NCBI GenBank assembly: GCA_000934665.2
Contig: JYFJ02001795.1
Location: forward strand, 1-64,000
Direction of reading: 5' to 3'
DNA length: 64,000 nucleotides
Origin: Catajapyx aquilonaris
Lineage: Eukaryota
Shown: in pieces, positions 27,346 to 41,149 of the stretch
Layout of the letters: every line of letters begins with the position of its first letter
How positions within the stretch are numbered: position 1 is the first letter of the stretch
Position numbers and translations under genes: made by a program
Notes under the pieces: model-generated
What the model saw: only the letters and a program-made list of their open reading frames with translations
Database searches by the model: none
Told to the model about the DNA's origin: nothing

Positions 27346-28013
27346 TTAAAACATCCAGCCCAAAAAGACGTCCTCCTCCCATACCAGCAACTCACCTCCA
27401 GGCTCTCACACCAGACCCAAAATTATGCAAAAATCCTCCCCCCAGTATTTGGAGGCCCAATTTGCTTATTCACAACCCTCAGCGACATGTGCTACTTTTT
27501 GCGCTTCTCCCCCACGCTCATTCCGCCCGCTGAATGAACGCTTGAAAGGACCGTTGTAGTGGAGATTTCCGCCGAATTACGTCATAAAGGTTCGCCCGTT
27601 TGCATAATGAAGCAGGCTCTTACAAACACCGCCCTTCTCTCTCTCCCTCTCTCTCTTTTTTTACCTCCATCTCTCTCTCTCTCTCACTCTCGCTCTCACC
27701 TGACGTGAAAAGTGGGCGGAGACAAGTGACGTACTTCCTTCCTCTTACTTTTCCGCTCATCAACACTTTTCCGGGCCGTTAAACCGTCGCCTGGGGGAGG
27801 AAAAAAAACGAATGTCACAACCTGCTCGTTACTCGCTTATCTTTTGATCAGAGGCAGGAACACACCTTTTCTGCTAATCACTTTTGGCCAATCAGCAATG
27901 ATGAGGGTGGGGCTTGTTTTCTTGGAACTGAACGTGATTGATGGCCTCGTTTAAAAAAATAAGGTTTCTTTTATATGATTGGTTGATGAATTAATCTAAC
28001 AGGAATTAAATTA

Positions 28014-28148
28014 AGCGGAATATATAGAGGAACGGAATTGATATTAGACAAAGGAACGGAACAGGCTGGATCTAATTAATTATTAATTAGATCCAGCATG
28101 TTCCGTTCCTTTGTCTAATTTCAATGCCGTTCCTCTATATATTCCGCT
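28014..28148. mobile_element. Near-perfect 135-bp palindrome (hairpin MITE remnant)
   Basis: AGCGGAATATATAGAGGAACGG...CCGTTCCTCTATATATTCCGCT with centre TAATTAATTATTAATTA; only a few mismatches. Confidence 0.8.
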
Positions 28149-28199
28149 ATACTGTATATTTCAATTCATGTAGTACTTGTAGTCAGTCACATTAAACGA

Positions 28200-28655
28200 A
28201 ATGAAGATAAAAATAAAATGAATTGCTCTGAAATCATTAGACGTCAAACAAGATCAAAGTTTAATCAAAATCAACATAAATCAAAATGAAATCAATAATA
28301 TTCCAATCAAGATCGAAACAAATCACAATTAAATCAATATAAATCAAAAAAATCATAATGAAATCAATATAAATCAAACAAATCATGATGAAATCAATAT
28401 AAATCAAACAAATCAATAAAAATCATTGTGAAATCAATCGAAATAAAAATACAAATCACGATTGAAATATGAAATCAAAGAAATATCAAAATCCAACTCA
28501 ATCCAATCAAATTCCATTCAAAATATTATATTGAATCATAATGAAATCCCTGGTAATTAAAACGCAATCAAAATGAAAGAAAAGTAAATATTGAATCGAA
28601 TCGAATCAAAGACAAATCGAAATCTAATCAAAATCAAGAAAAAATCAAAAAGTAA
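28200..28655 (+). repeat. (AAATC)-based low-complexity/minisatellite tract
   Basis: Repeated AAATCAATATAAATCAAA units. Confidence 0.8.
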
Positions 28656-29308
28656 TCTGGCGTAATGATGAGACGGAACGGGTTGAACCCAGGATCAAAG
28701 CTGTCCGTTTTTGTCCCGGACCGATCGTTCGCCCTGCAGTTGACCGGAACGTCCCAGTTTGTAGTGTCCCATCTGTGCATCCGGCGTTTCCCCATCAGGC
28801 GTACCTACACACAATGGCGGCAAAGGAAGAGGAGGTTCAATTAATATGTAAATGCTGTCCAGTAGCGGGGGTGGGGGTGGGGGGCGACGTTTCTGGCAGC
28901 CGCCTGGTCCCCATATTCAATAGAGCGGACCGGAGGCAGCGGTGGGAAGGGGCCCCTTGAATGGAAAGTGTCCACTGCCGAACATAATCCAATGACTATC
29001 CGGGACTTTCATCAATCAAGGCTGCCTCTAACTGGATTTGGGATTGCCAGACAGGTTTCCAATGGAATGGCTGCGTCGAAAAGCAATTACCAGGTCAGCT
29101 TCAGCGGGAACCATTAGGCTTTTCCGCTTTCCATTGCAGACTTTCCACTTGTACACTCTCCGAGCTGCCGGAATACATTTTGGAGCCTGGCCCGCCACGC
29201 TGAGTGGGCCGGTTTTTGGCCGAAAGGTCGATGTGGATAGTTTTTAAAGTGTAGTGTCCGGTGGTCAAAGTGCGATGGTTTTTGGAACGAATAAAAAGGA
29301 AGATGTGG

Positions 29309-29743
29309 AGGGGCGAACTAACCGCATGACATCATTCAGCAAGCCCAAATTTGAACCGTCATATGTTCCGTCAGATTTGGCCCAAATTCATAGAATTTTA
29401 CAGTCGGACACTTCACGTCCATACCTATGAGTGCTGAAAACGTGAAGCGTTTATGGCAAATAGGTGAGAAGATATGCGGGTTTAAAGTTAGGCATGTTGT
29501 TCGGTGATGTCATTATGCTTGGGCGCACCAAGCGTAATGATGTCACCAATCAACAGACCCATCTTTGACTACCCATATCTTTCCTCATATTTGTCACAAA
29601 ATCATCACACTTGACGCATCGAACTCAGCACTTTCGTATCTATCAAATGTCCATGCGTGATGCATTTCTGACAAATAGAAGTGAAAATATGGCCGTTCAA
29701 ACTTTGTGGTGATTTGTGAGGTCTTCGATGCAGCTGACTCCTC
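29309..29743. mobile_element. Old degenerate foldback element with GAGG...CCTC ends
   Basis: Central hairpin GGTGATGTCATTATGCTTGG-GCGCA-CCAAGCGTAATGATGTCACC. Outer arms still pair, e.g. AAATTTGAACCGTCATAT vs ATATGGCCGTTCAAACTT, and GAGTGCTGA vs TCAGCACTT. Confidence 0.65.
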
Positions 29744-31039
29744 TTTTGAGCGAATTTCTTATCCATGCAGCAGAGTGCACCTAGCTCGAAGCAGATGCAC
29801 TTAGTTCATGAAGAGGTCTGCAATGCGGCCACATCATACACATGCAAATAAGAGTGTTATGGTCTTGAATGGTTAAGACCATCCAGGGCTTCCTGCTATG
29901 TCGATATATCGACCAGCTGGATGGAAGGAGCTCTGAAGCTGAGAAGAGCTTTCCCTCCGATTCAATCCGGCAGAGTAGGTTAGAACATTTTCACTATCTG
30001 CTCTGTAGTGAGTGGGGAAGGCGGGGGAGGCAGAGAAGCCCTAGGAGGGTGGGGTGGGGGTAGGAGGCCAATTTTGGGGATGCGGGCCTTTTGTTCGGAT
30101 ATTTCAGACCAATTTATGAACACGATGCTGATATTGAATCGTAACTTGCGCAGTAATGGAGTTGATCAGAACCTAGGCCAACAATTGCTAAATTAACAGG
30201 GCCTAAACGTAGCTGTTTAAATTGCAATCAGCAGCTAATATTTTTGACTCAGTGTGGCTAATATTTAAAGCAGTCGTGTTAAAGTAATCTTCATGTGAGA
30301 TACTTGACAGAAATGTCTATTGTTCCTGATAAGGTCAGATAAAACGAGCTCATTGCAGACTATAATTTGAAAATTTTTATAATATATTTGTTCAATATAT
30401 ATTGAAATTATTTTCTTACCAGTTGGTAGAGGAAGGTTTGTTCTCTCAACAATCAAGTGAGCTATCAAATATGACTAGTAGGTAACTGTAGAAAAAGTCT
30501 TGAAAATATACTCTCAAAAAGTGTTGTCCCATTTTTTTGACATTTCATTGTAGAATATATGATACACCTTGTACTTTGCAATTACTCGGAGCAAACCAAT
30601 CAGGACTATGCGTCCCTAGTCGCCATGCATAAAAGTACTATAAGTGTTGCCAACATATGACGCCAGTGCTCAGTAGCTCCCTATGCGCATTTTTGAAGTG
30701 CAAAAAGGGGGTAGTAAGCTAAGTAATTTTTTGTTGTTTATACCCCCATATCCTCCTCCTACCCCACCCTACTATCGTTAGATAGAATTCACGGCCGAGT
30801 TGTCCCAAAAACGGGCCTACTGAGAGTCGTTTCACGTGCGAAATATTCAGGCTTGCGTTAATGCCTTTCTTCGTTCATTAGAAGGGCTCGTATAACCATA
30901 TGGCCTTAATGATATATGGATAATTTGGGAATGATTACGGAACCCAGTCAGGTACAGGTTCCGGAACGCTGGGCCCGGAAAATAATAAGGAGTTGTTTCT
31001 ATGGGATTAAAGGAGGCTCACAGCTGCCTCCAGTTCAAA

Positions 31040-31525
31040 TTCTGACCGCCATTTTGAATCCTACATGACCTTTCTGATGCGGTATGTGCGATTCTGCAGC
31101 AGTGAGATGTGTCTAAATAATTTGGATCAAGATTGACACAATTTTCACCTGTTACATCACAGATATGGACATTTTGGATCATGCCGCCATTTTAAATCAA
31201 CATCGCCCACCATTTTTAATCCGTCTTGACCGTTGCCTACCGTGTGTATGTGACATTTGTACGGTTAGATTGAGTCTAAGTATTTTTGAATCCAACTCGA
31301 TACAATTTTGAGCTATTTGAACATGCCACTTTTAATTCACTTCTCCACCATTTTGTATCCAGCACATTTCCTGCGCAACTATCATGTTTTCTCCATTTCT
31401 GAGCTCCCGCATTTGTAATTCAAAATAACTGACTGTAATATCTGGTCCAGTTTCATCATCTTATTGGTCTACGACTTGATCATGTCGCCATTTTTAATCA
31501 ACTTCCCCGCCATTTTGGATCCACC
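31040..31525 (+). repeat. Degenerate repeat built on CCGCCATTTTRAATC
   Basis: About 7 copies of (C)GCCATTTT or CACCATTTT followed by AATC/ATCC. Confidence 0.65.
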
Positions 31526-31930
31526 ATTCTCCTGCTCGACCATCATGTTTTCGAGCTTTCTGAGGCGACAGGTCCCAACAGAGGCTTGGCTCCGGGGCAA
31601 GTGGGATCCAGAAGATAATGCGGGCTAACAGGGTGGTAATGTGAGGTGAGAAGAAAAGAGGCTAGGCTAGTAGAGGCAAAAGCGCTTCTGGGAGGGAAGG
31701 AGGAGGCTGCTTCTCCCCGTCTATTTGCGCTTCCTGCTCTCGACGGGTCCCTCTGATTCAATTGAGACCAGGGAAGGGTCGCATGCATAAAGGTGTTTAG
31801 TGAACTCCCTTCATGCATGCGGGTTTGGCCTCCGCACACCTTTATTACGTTTAATGCCAGCAGGGTCAAGGAGAAGGGAAGATAATCCACTCAAATCATC
31901 TTCAGTTAGGAATTACAGCACAATCTGGCA

Positions 31931-32325
31931 GTTTTAGACTATTTAGAAGAAAAAAGTCTTATAGCACGGCTTTGTCTGTCTGTGGACAGGTATCAGACAG
32001 ACAGAGCCGTGCTATAAGACTATTTTTGATTTTCGGGTTCCGGATTCACTCTATACGCCCCTTCCCTCTGACCGCCCATTCTTCCCAGACCAGACAGACA
32101 GAGCCGTTCTATAAGACTTTTTCCGATTTTCGGGTTCCGGGTTCACTCGATATATACGCCCCTTCCCCCTGATCACCCAGTCCCCCCACCACCCCTCTCC
32201 CCAGATCACCATTTCTCCCTTCCCAATCCCGTGACTGACGTTGGTAACAACAAGAGCTAATGGTGACAATAGCGGTAAACATGAAAAAGTCCACTCTAAT
32301 CACGCTCACGTGATTTGCCAATATT
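31931..32325 (+). mobile_element. DINE-1-like Helentron-associated element (HINE)
   Basis: 5' subTIR plus inverted repeat TTAGACTATTT...AAAAAGTCTTA; GTCY microsatellite; 3' subTIR GAAAAAGTC followed by the stem-loop AATCACG-CTCA-CGTGATT. This matches the Drosophila DINE-1 layout. Paralogs at about 38760, 40026, 42378 and 47343. Confidence 0.7.
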
Positions 32326-33054
32326 TTTTACCTCACAATCTGGCAACCCTGCCAATATTTACCTCACAATCTGGCAACCCTGCCAATATTTACCGCACAA
32401 TATGGCAACCCTGCAATTTTTTGCAACATTGCCATTTTTTGCAAAAAGGTATAACATTGTTACAGGGGGGAGTCTTTCCCTGGGCGGCGATAGCCTGGAT
32501 TTGCAATCACGCCATAATTTCCTTTTTTTGGGAGGGTCTGTGGGGGTCGGTGGGGGATGGAGGAGCGGGGAGAGAAGTAGTGTCGGTGCAGCTGGGGCGC
32601 TGGCATTAACCGGGCCGAGCTTCCGTGATAAGAGGCAGGGGCGCATCAGCAAATGGACCGCGAAATGGCGGAGGGGGAATAGCTCGTCCTACCCAACCCC
32701 CCCATCCCCTGCCTCCCAGCCAGACTGCAGATGCCGCCACAATACCCCCTCCCTCCCTCACACTTCTTCCCTTTTTTAGGGGGGGGGGGGAGGTGAAAGG
32801 GAAGAGCACCCGAGCAGAGCCATCTTCCGGTGGCGTCATTCCCATCTTGGAAAGCACGCCTGGGTGCCTGCCAAGTTGGGAGAAGACGGATTTATGCACA
32901 TCATCTTTAGCCAAAAAAAAGAAGAAAATTGAAAGATTTGTTGCTACAGGGTTAGGCTGGCTTAATCGGAGGATAGATCCGGGTTTGAATCTGGATTGTG
33001 AGTTATGCTAAGGTCAATTTGATTGGTAAATTATGATGTGTCGCTACGAAAGTG

Positions 33055-33450
33055 ACCTAACCCTACCTAACCCTTACCTAACCCTTACCTAACCTTCTCC
33101 TACGATACTTTTCTACCTAACCTTCATCGAACGCTACTTAACCCTTATAGAACGCTACTTAACCCTTATAGAACGCTACCTAACCCTTATAGAACGCTAC
33201 CTAACTCTTACCGAACACGACCTAACCCTTCCTAACCTTCTCCTACCTTACTTTTCTACCTAACCTTCTCCTGATTTACTTTTCTACCTAACCTTCTCCT
33301 TCCTTACTTTTCTACCAAACCCTTAACGAACACTACCTAACCCTTACCGAACGCTGCCTAACTCTTACTGAACACTACCTAAACCGTCCTAACCTTCTCC
33401 TACCTTACCTAACCCTTCCTAACCCTTGCCTTACCCTACCTTACCCAACA
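33055..33450 (+). repeat. CCTAA/CCTTA-rich minisatellite
   Basis: Repeated ACCTAACCCTTA, GAACGCTACCTAACCCTTATA and ACCTAACCTTCTCCT. Confidence 0.85.
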
Positions 33451-34039
33451 TAAATACTCAAGGATGGTGCTATTCAACTGGATATTATCGGGCATTCCTA
33501 CCGACTTTTTACTATCCGGGGTTGTGGCAACAATGCGATGGAACTTTGATGATGGCTGATAATAGTTGGAAGCGAGTTACGCACTGCAAATTTTACACCG
33601 GGGCAAACATCCTCCCCCCCGTAAAATTTTTTGTGTGTCCGGGGCCCTTCATTCCATCCCCCTAGTGTTGGGAAGTAAACCCGTGACAGAGGTTTTGTGA
33701 GCCTGTGAACCCGGACAGCTGTCGTGCATTGTTGGATTTTCAGTAGTAAATACCGCCGCACCAGCGAGACAGGCGCCGATGCGGGCTTGTAAATTAGAGG
33801 TGAAAATCCGGGGAATGAATATTAAATGATGTGAACTCCAAGCCTGCTCTCACCTATACCCGGATTTTGCACCTGAAACCTCGTTGTAAGTCGCAATTTC
33901 CAAATTTTTAATGCAGGTTCGTACCCACCTAAATTCATAAAAACTGGTCTTAAATATTTTAAACCAATCAAAATTATATAATTAATTTCAAATGTAATTT
34001 AGTGTGCATGCTCTAATTTCAGTTAGATTCATTTCCTAA

Positions 34040-34295
34040 TTTTAATTTCGAACGTTATTATATTTAATATCGAAATTTTTAATTTCGAACGTTATTATAT
34101 TTAATATCGAAATTTTTAATTTCGAACGTTATTATATTTAATATCGAAATTTTTAAATTCCGACGTAATTATATTTAATATCGAAATTTTTAAATTCCGA
34201 CGTTATTATATTTAATATCGAAATTTTTCAATTCCGACGTTATTAGATTTAATATCGAAATTTTTAATTTCCAACGTTATCAGATTTAATATTCA
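34040..34295 (+). repeat. 37-38-bp minisatellite AATTTCGAACGTTATTATATTTAATATCGAAATTTTT (6-7 copies)
   Basis: Period 34044 to 34081, continuing. Confidence 0.9.
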
Positions 34296-35266
34296 AATTT
34301 GGATTTGCAAAACGTATTTTCACATTTTCATTTTTATATAGCATCATTAAAGTTGATTTTAAATTAATAAAGCTGCCAAAATTGGAATTTAAACTAATGA
34401 AATTGCTGAAATTATATTTCAAAATTCATTCATATCAACATTTTAACGCTTATTTCTTTTTCTTGAGTCAGAAGACTTGTGATCAACTTAATATAAAATA
34501 GTTATATCCTCCCGTCCACCAGAGGCGCTGTCTCCTCCATCGCGCAGGCGCAGAACTGGGGCCAATCGCCAACCTCATACAACGAAATATATTAAATATT
34601 AAATATGATAGCTATTACATTTTTAAACCTTTATAAATAAAAGGGCAGAAAAAATTTCAATGAGATCCCAACATTTTGGAATAAAATTTTCGCAAAAAAA
34701 ACAAACATCAGCCAGCCCTGCAAATCCGACCCGTAAAACTGTTGAAACCTGACCTGAGTTACGTATAAACGACACGTATCGCATAACAGGACCCTGTAAC
34801 TCTAGACAGTTATTATTGCCAGCCAGTTTTACAAGGAAACTGCCGTAAATTCAAGCCTTGGAGGGCTTATCTCAATTTCTAGAGGAGGGTAGGGGGTGGG
34901 TGAGTGGGTATATAGGGATTAATAATTTCGTGCAGAGTTGCATTATTTTTACATGGAGAGTTACGGGTGTAGCTGCGCGTTTGAGATATGCACTGCATTG
35001 CAAAGGGGGGTTGTTCTAGTAGGGGTGAAATATTTAATAAGGCGGGCATATACATTTTATGCAGGGAAGAAAAGGGGATTTTGAATCGCTTTAAAGTCAC
35101 TCGCACAGCTTTATGAGAAAGTTTTTTGAGGCGGATTTGCCGACAGAATTCTAATAGAAAATTAGGCCATATGAGATATTCACCTTTGCATAGTAGCATG
35201 ACATACGTGTAGTATGAATAATATCTGCTACACACATTTCCATGGCTGCAGTGCATAAATTTCTTA

Positions 35267-35370
35267 GGATGAAATTTTCGTCCCACTGCTACTTACTAAT
35301 TTAGCAGTAGTCGTCCGCAACACTGGTACTGCTAAGTTAGCAGTAACTAGCAGTGGGACGAAAATTCCAT
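35267..35370. mobile_element. Second copy of the 20858-20971 palindromic MITE
   Basis: Shares CAACACTGGTACTGCTAAGTTAGCAGTAACTA.CAGTGGGACGAAAATTCCA. Confidence 0.8.
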
Positions 35371-37867
35371 TTGACTTCATTCAAGAGTCGAAAATGTGCT
35401 TCCTTACTACACTTAGAACCTACACTTAGAACTAATATTTTGAAGACAACTATTTCTATAACTATTACTATTTGCGCAACTACTAACCATCTACTATCAG
35501 AACTATTTCTAGTTTTATTATAATAGTACTATCATAACTATTTCTAGGTTTATTATAGCAGCTACCATCAGAACTATTTCTATTTATTATAACTGCTATT
35601 ACTAATACTTCTACTCAGTAGCAATAGCAACACTACTAGTCACATGGTACAAACCGACCAATCATGGCAAGGTTGGCGTAGTGTCAATTAGGCAAGTCAC
35701 TCTAACGTACAAATGACCAGTTTTGCCTAATTGGAATCATTTTTTTCTTCTCCAAAACATATTATTCGGGTAGTAAACGAGTGACATTCCGTCAAATAAT
35801 TACACGCGGTGTGTACCGCATATCGCGCGTTATGTAGAGCATTGTGGATCCGATTAGCTCCAATTACACCTAATGAAATTAACCGCCATGTAACTCTCTG
35901 GCCTGGTTTTCCACCTAAGGGAGTTATTGTATGTACAGGGTGCTCTGTAATTATTATGACACATATTGAGGGTCATATTAAATGTTGTGGGATCAAAATG
36001 CCCAATTTAGCACCAGAATTCGATATATCGAATGTCGGTATCTAAAATCATTCTACTGTCGTGTCAAAATGGACATACATACAAAAAATCACTATAGCTA
36101 CATCGATAGTTACAGTTTTAAAATGTATCGAAACACGTGTGTAGAGTACACACTTATTGGTTCTACTGTGCAATATATCGATATATCGTTAAATAAAGAA
36201 TGACATCGATTTTTCAATTACGCAAGATTGATAAATTTGTAAAATGCATCTATACATCATATCCAGCAATATCCGTTTCAACAATTTGATATATCGATGT
36301 TTCTCAATGCATTTTCAAAAATGGCCTATATTGAATTTGTAATTTGCAATGTTCTGTTACAATATCGAGTACGATATTTGACAAATTATACTATTATATT
36401 ATGCCGTAATATATTATACTATCGCAACAATTTGATTACGGTACTTCATTACATAATATAGATGCAACTAAAGCGACGCGAAACTGGTACCCTTGACTCA
36501 TTACGTCATCAAAAATGGCAGTTCAGCCGATCTTTACACAATATCGATATTTGATATCAAAGAAATCCTCATATTGTACTACTATCACGGTAACGATACT
36601 TAGAAGTGCAAATGACACCTCTACACAAAATGATACCAGGAACTATCATTCAGCAACACCCTGTATATCCCCAGCGATAACACATCATAACCGCTGCTTG
36701 GGCCTGCTCGTATACATGTATTTAGGACATTTTTATCAGGCATCGCCGTCGGGGCTGGGTGGGCGATGGCAATAGTTCCCCCGGTCCAACCCCTCCCTTC
36801 TCCCCCATCTAAATCGTCCTTCCTAGCTATGAACCTTTCATGACCCCGAAAGGGACCATTTAGAAGCGGAAATGCAGTCGTAGGTGTTGTCACGCGCCAT
36901 CGGCCTCGGGATTCACGATCGCTTGCTGGGGCCTCCATTTTGACTCCCAGGGTTTTGTTGTGTATGGAAAGGATGCGGACGAGGAAATGTTCGAGACGGA
37001 GCCATTGTGGACAAGTTTCTTTAGAGGGACGGTATAAACCTAGGGAAAGGCGGTTGACAGGACGGGTAGATTAGACGCGCAATTTGGATGCACCAGAAAA
37101 GTTTCAGTAGTATGATCGATATCTGCAGACATGCGATATCTAATTTAAAATTAATTTTAATCATTTTTTTATGTCTTAGCCTGAAGATTTATATTAGATG
37201 AGGCGCATTTAACATAGACCTACGTTCCGAAGGGTACTGTTGAGTGAAGTGCAGACCACAGCGCCATCATGTGGGTGGCACTCTAACTAAAGTGGAACTG
37301 GAGCGCCATCGTGCGGCTGGACCGGTAATCAACCTCGAAGCTTTGTGATTGGCAGGTTTCGAGCGCAAAGTCTGTCGCAATTTGCCTCCCACAAAGCCTG
37401 GATTTGCTGATCCGTCCAGTTTTGCGGCCAAGACAATGGCCGAGCTGGGGAGGGGGTGACTGATGCAAAGTGGACCAGATTTCATTTACACCCTAGCAAG
37501 GCCCGGGCTTTTCCTCCACGCTACGTGCCAAAAGGACTAATTACCACTCAGTCCATTGTGACAGCCCAAGTCTCTCCCGTCGTCACATGCGCAATGAGCT
37601 TTCTAATGGCCTGCCTTTTCAACGTCGTTTCCGAACTGTAACCACCGCTAGAGTGCGCCACACAGTAATTATGGGGATACATCATGCCCAGCATGTCGCG
37701 TTAGAACCATTTGCGTAATTGTGGCTGCATGCGTCACTCCGATTTTGGAACAGATTTTGAACCAGGGACCACGAAGCTCTGGCTTTCATTTGGTCATATT
37801 ATTTTGAAAAATTAATAAGCAATGAACATGCTATATATACTGTATACTGGTATGTAATAGTATGACA

Positions 37868-38045
37868 AGCCACAGCCGGGCGCATGCCACAGCCGGGCGC
37901 ACAGCTGGGCGCAGGCCACTTCCGGGCGCATGCCACATCCAGGTGCATGCCACAGCCGGGCGCACAGCTGGACGCAGGCCACTTCCGGGCGCATGCCACA
38001 TCTAGGTGCATGCCACAGCCGGGCGCAAGCCACATCCGGGCGAAC
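37868..38045 (+). repeat. GC-rich minisatellite; 60-bp unit built from 12-16-bp GCCACAGCCGGGCGCA subunits
   Basis: Directly visible; source of the repeated ORF peptides. Confidence 0.9.
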
Positions 38046-39985
38046 CCCACAGCAACTCCTACCCCAGGCTTATGGAGTTATGGTGATGACGACCTTCAAA
38101 AATAATGCATAGAAACAAAACAAAATCACTCTCAAATTCACTGCCTGAAAGTAATATCACCACCTTCTCACAAGATGGCGCTAAATTCCCACCAACTGCG
38201 GACAATCTCTGGCACAAAAGTGGTCCTCGAAAAGGGTAGAGGATCACGTAACCCCACAGGCTAGGGTGGTCCTAATCCTAGAAAGGCTGGATCTCTCACG
38301 CGGCCATTAGGGGCGCCTGTTTGCACACTCTGGCCTGGGTCAGGAAAACTAACTAAGCTGGCACAAAATACGGAAAAGCAAAGTCGGCAGGTCTCTAGCA
38401 AGCTGGGCTTATTATTAAAACTCTTTTTTACGTTGGTTCTAGGACCTAGAAAATGGCTGAGGCGAAAATGGTTCGAGACGGTCGAAAAGAGAAGGGCGAA
38501 ATTCAGGAGGGGTGTTCGTGGCCCATATTTTGTAAATGCCGGTTGAATCGATTGGGTGTAGAGTTTCGGACGCGGCCGGAAGAGGCGGGGCTTGGGATAG
38601 GCGCCTGCTGACCTCGTTTTGTCTAAGCTTTAAGTCAGAAATAGAGTAAGGCAGCTTCTAAATTAAAAATTTAGACATTTAGGCGATACTTGAATCGATA
38701 CGCTGCCTATGTTACGATATATGCATCGATATATCAAATCCTCATACTGTACTTGAAAGAAGGAAAAAAAGTCTCATCGAATCACGCTCCGGTGATTTGC
38801 CGATCTTTGTTTAAAACTATAGGACAAAACAATGAATCTTCTCTGCGGAGCACAATACGGTCTAATTGTTGGCAGTACACAACCCACATATGGAGCTAAA
38901 TAGCTCTTACTTACCATGCCAGAGGGCAGCACCTCAAACTTTTGGTTACAAACAAACAAACAAAAAATGCCAGTTACAGGCTTTACAATAGCGTTACTTG
39001 GCAGGGTTGGAAGTAACTTAACTTGACACTCCAACCAAAAGTTGCATTGTTTGTACGCCTTCAGCTATCGCCATAGCCTACTCCCTGTTCTTTTTGCACA
39101 TGAAAAACTTTCTATTCTCTGCTTCCAGACCGTAATTAATTTTGAAGCAGATACGGTGAGAGGGAGCTAGGTTGCAACTGGCTGTCAACACTGAATTATT
39201 CATGAACAATTCTAGGAGCATGTCCTTGAGAAGCTAGAAACCTGTTATATTCATACACAACTTTCTATTAATTAACACTATAGGTTTAGAATCAACCTTA
39301 TCAAACTTATGCCATCAGTGGGCCGCCATTTTTGGGCAAAAAAATTGTTTGGTCGCCATTTTCAGGCCGTGTCAAGGTCCATCTGCCGACTATGGAGATA
39401 GGCTATTACCACTCTCGCCTATTGTGTGGGCAGGAAGCATCAACTTTTAATCCCCGGTAATCAAAGCTCGGCTTTACTTTTAGCCCGTAAATTAACAGTC
39501 TGCTGCCTGGACTTGTTTACTGTGGGGGCTTCCATTTAGGGGCAGGGAGCACTAAAAAGCTCCAAAATGGCGGCCTACAAAAAATGTGGAGAATCAGTAC
39601 ACAGGGTGGTGTTTGGGATCATGCCAAAATCCTTAACGCTTGGCTTGCTACTAGATAGTAGTCAAATAGGAGGGAAAAGCTAGTCTTGCAGAAACCATAC
39701 TTTGTCTTCACTTATGTTCGACTCGAAGATATATTCAGTTGGCAACGGTTGTTGTGTGTGGCAAACTGCCGGTTGATGTCGACACTGTGCCAGAAGGGAT
39801 TGGCATCATGGCTGATCCTTTGATGATTCATAAACTTCCGCTTATCTCGATTCGACTTACAAATAATTCCGCTTGTTTGTCCGGGGTGATTCATCACTTC
39901 CTCTAACCTCCTCGTGATACCCAGTGGCAGTAATGCGGCATCTATGCGAGGAAGATGGTGTTAAGTTAGTGGACAGTGGTAGGTG

Positions 39986-40572
39986 AACAAGATTGGAAAA
40001 TCTCGCGAGCGTGATTTGAGTACACTTTTAGACTTTTTTGAAGAAAAGTCTGTCTGTTTGTCTGTCTGTGGACAGGTATCAGACAGACAGAGCCGTGCTA
40101 TAAGACTTTTTCCGATTTTCGGGTTCCGGGTTCACTCTATCCGCCCCTTCCCCCTGGTTACTCCCTCCACCCTCCACCCCCTCCCCCAGACCGCCCATTC
40201 TCCCCAGACCGTCCCTTTTCCCCCTGACCTCCCAATCCCCCCACCGCCCCCTGCCCACGATCACTTTCCTCCCTTCTAGTCCCGTGACTGACGTTGATGA
40301 CAATAGCATTACACATGAAAAAGTCTACTCTAATCACACTAACGTGATTTGCCAATCTTGTTTCTGATTGCCAAGGAAATTTGACCTTTGATAGAGTGAA
40401 CCCGGAAACTCGGAAGTGGTCGGTCACAAGAAGTTGACCATAAAACCTAATTAGGGCCAGCTAAATCCGAAAACGAACACAGTTTGTTGCTACGTCTTGC
40501 AATTTAGGCCCGGATATCTGTCCACGGACAGACGGACAAACAAATGAGTCATATTTCGATGAGAAAAAGTCA
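39986..40572. mobile_element. Nested HINE pair: a + strand copy (about 40026-40362) inside a - strand copy (3' end 39986-40028, 5' part 40370-40572)
   Basis: 40026-40362 aligns to 31931-32325 and ends GAAAAAGTCTACTCTAATCACACTAACGTGATTTGCCAATCTTGTTT. 39986-40028 is the reverse complement of that 3' end. 40460-40572 is the reverse complement of the 5' part seen at 47343-47482. Confidence 0.7.
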
Positions 40573-41149
40573 AATTTGTAGTAAAATTAATGTTGATATG
40601 GATACCAACCACAAAGACCCCCGTGTGAATCTAACATTACAAACTTTCTAAACCACCCTTCACTTTTGATTGGACAGTACCACGTCCACAAATGAAATGG
40701 AGCATCCGGTAATTACGTCCTCCGCAAAAACCGCAGTTGTACAACCGGAAAACTAGTTTTTCCTAGAGCGAAAAATTGCACCTGCTGTGAGATTCAATTA
40801 CAGCGAATAAATTCATCACCGGTGCACCAAACTGTGTGGTCAAACCGACACAAAGTTGACATATCTAGGTGGGGTCGAAACACCAGAGTTGCGCAATGCC
40901 ATGGATTTCTTGTCTTTCTACGGATCAACAGAGATCCCTTGAGACTTCATGGCATGAAAGTCTAATGGTCCAAGGGAGCGGAAACATTGCGAGTTGTCCA
41001 AACACGTCCCCATTCGACCAGACCTCCCCTGAAGAGGAAAGTCAGGTCATCTAGTTTCGAAGCCCAACCTTACAAGTTTGTCACCCCAAAAATCTTAAGG
41101 AACAAAAAATGGCTCTGATGTCATTTCCTGTTGGATTTCAGCTTAATGC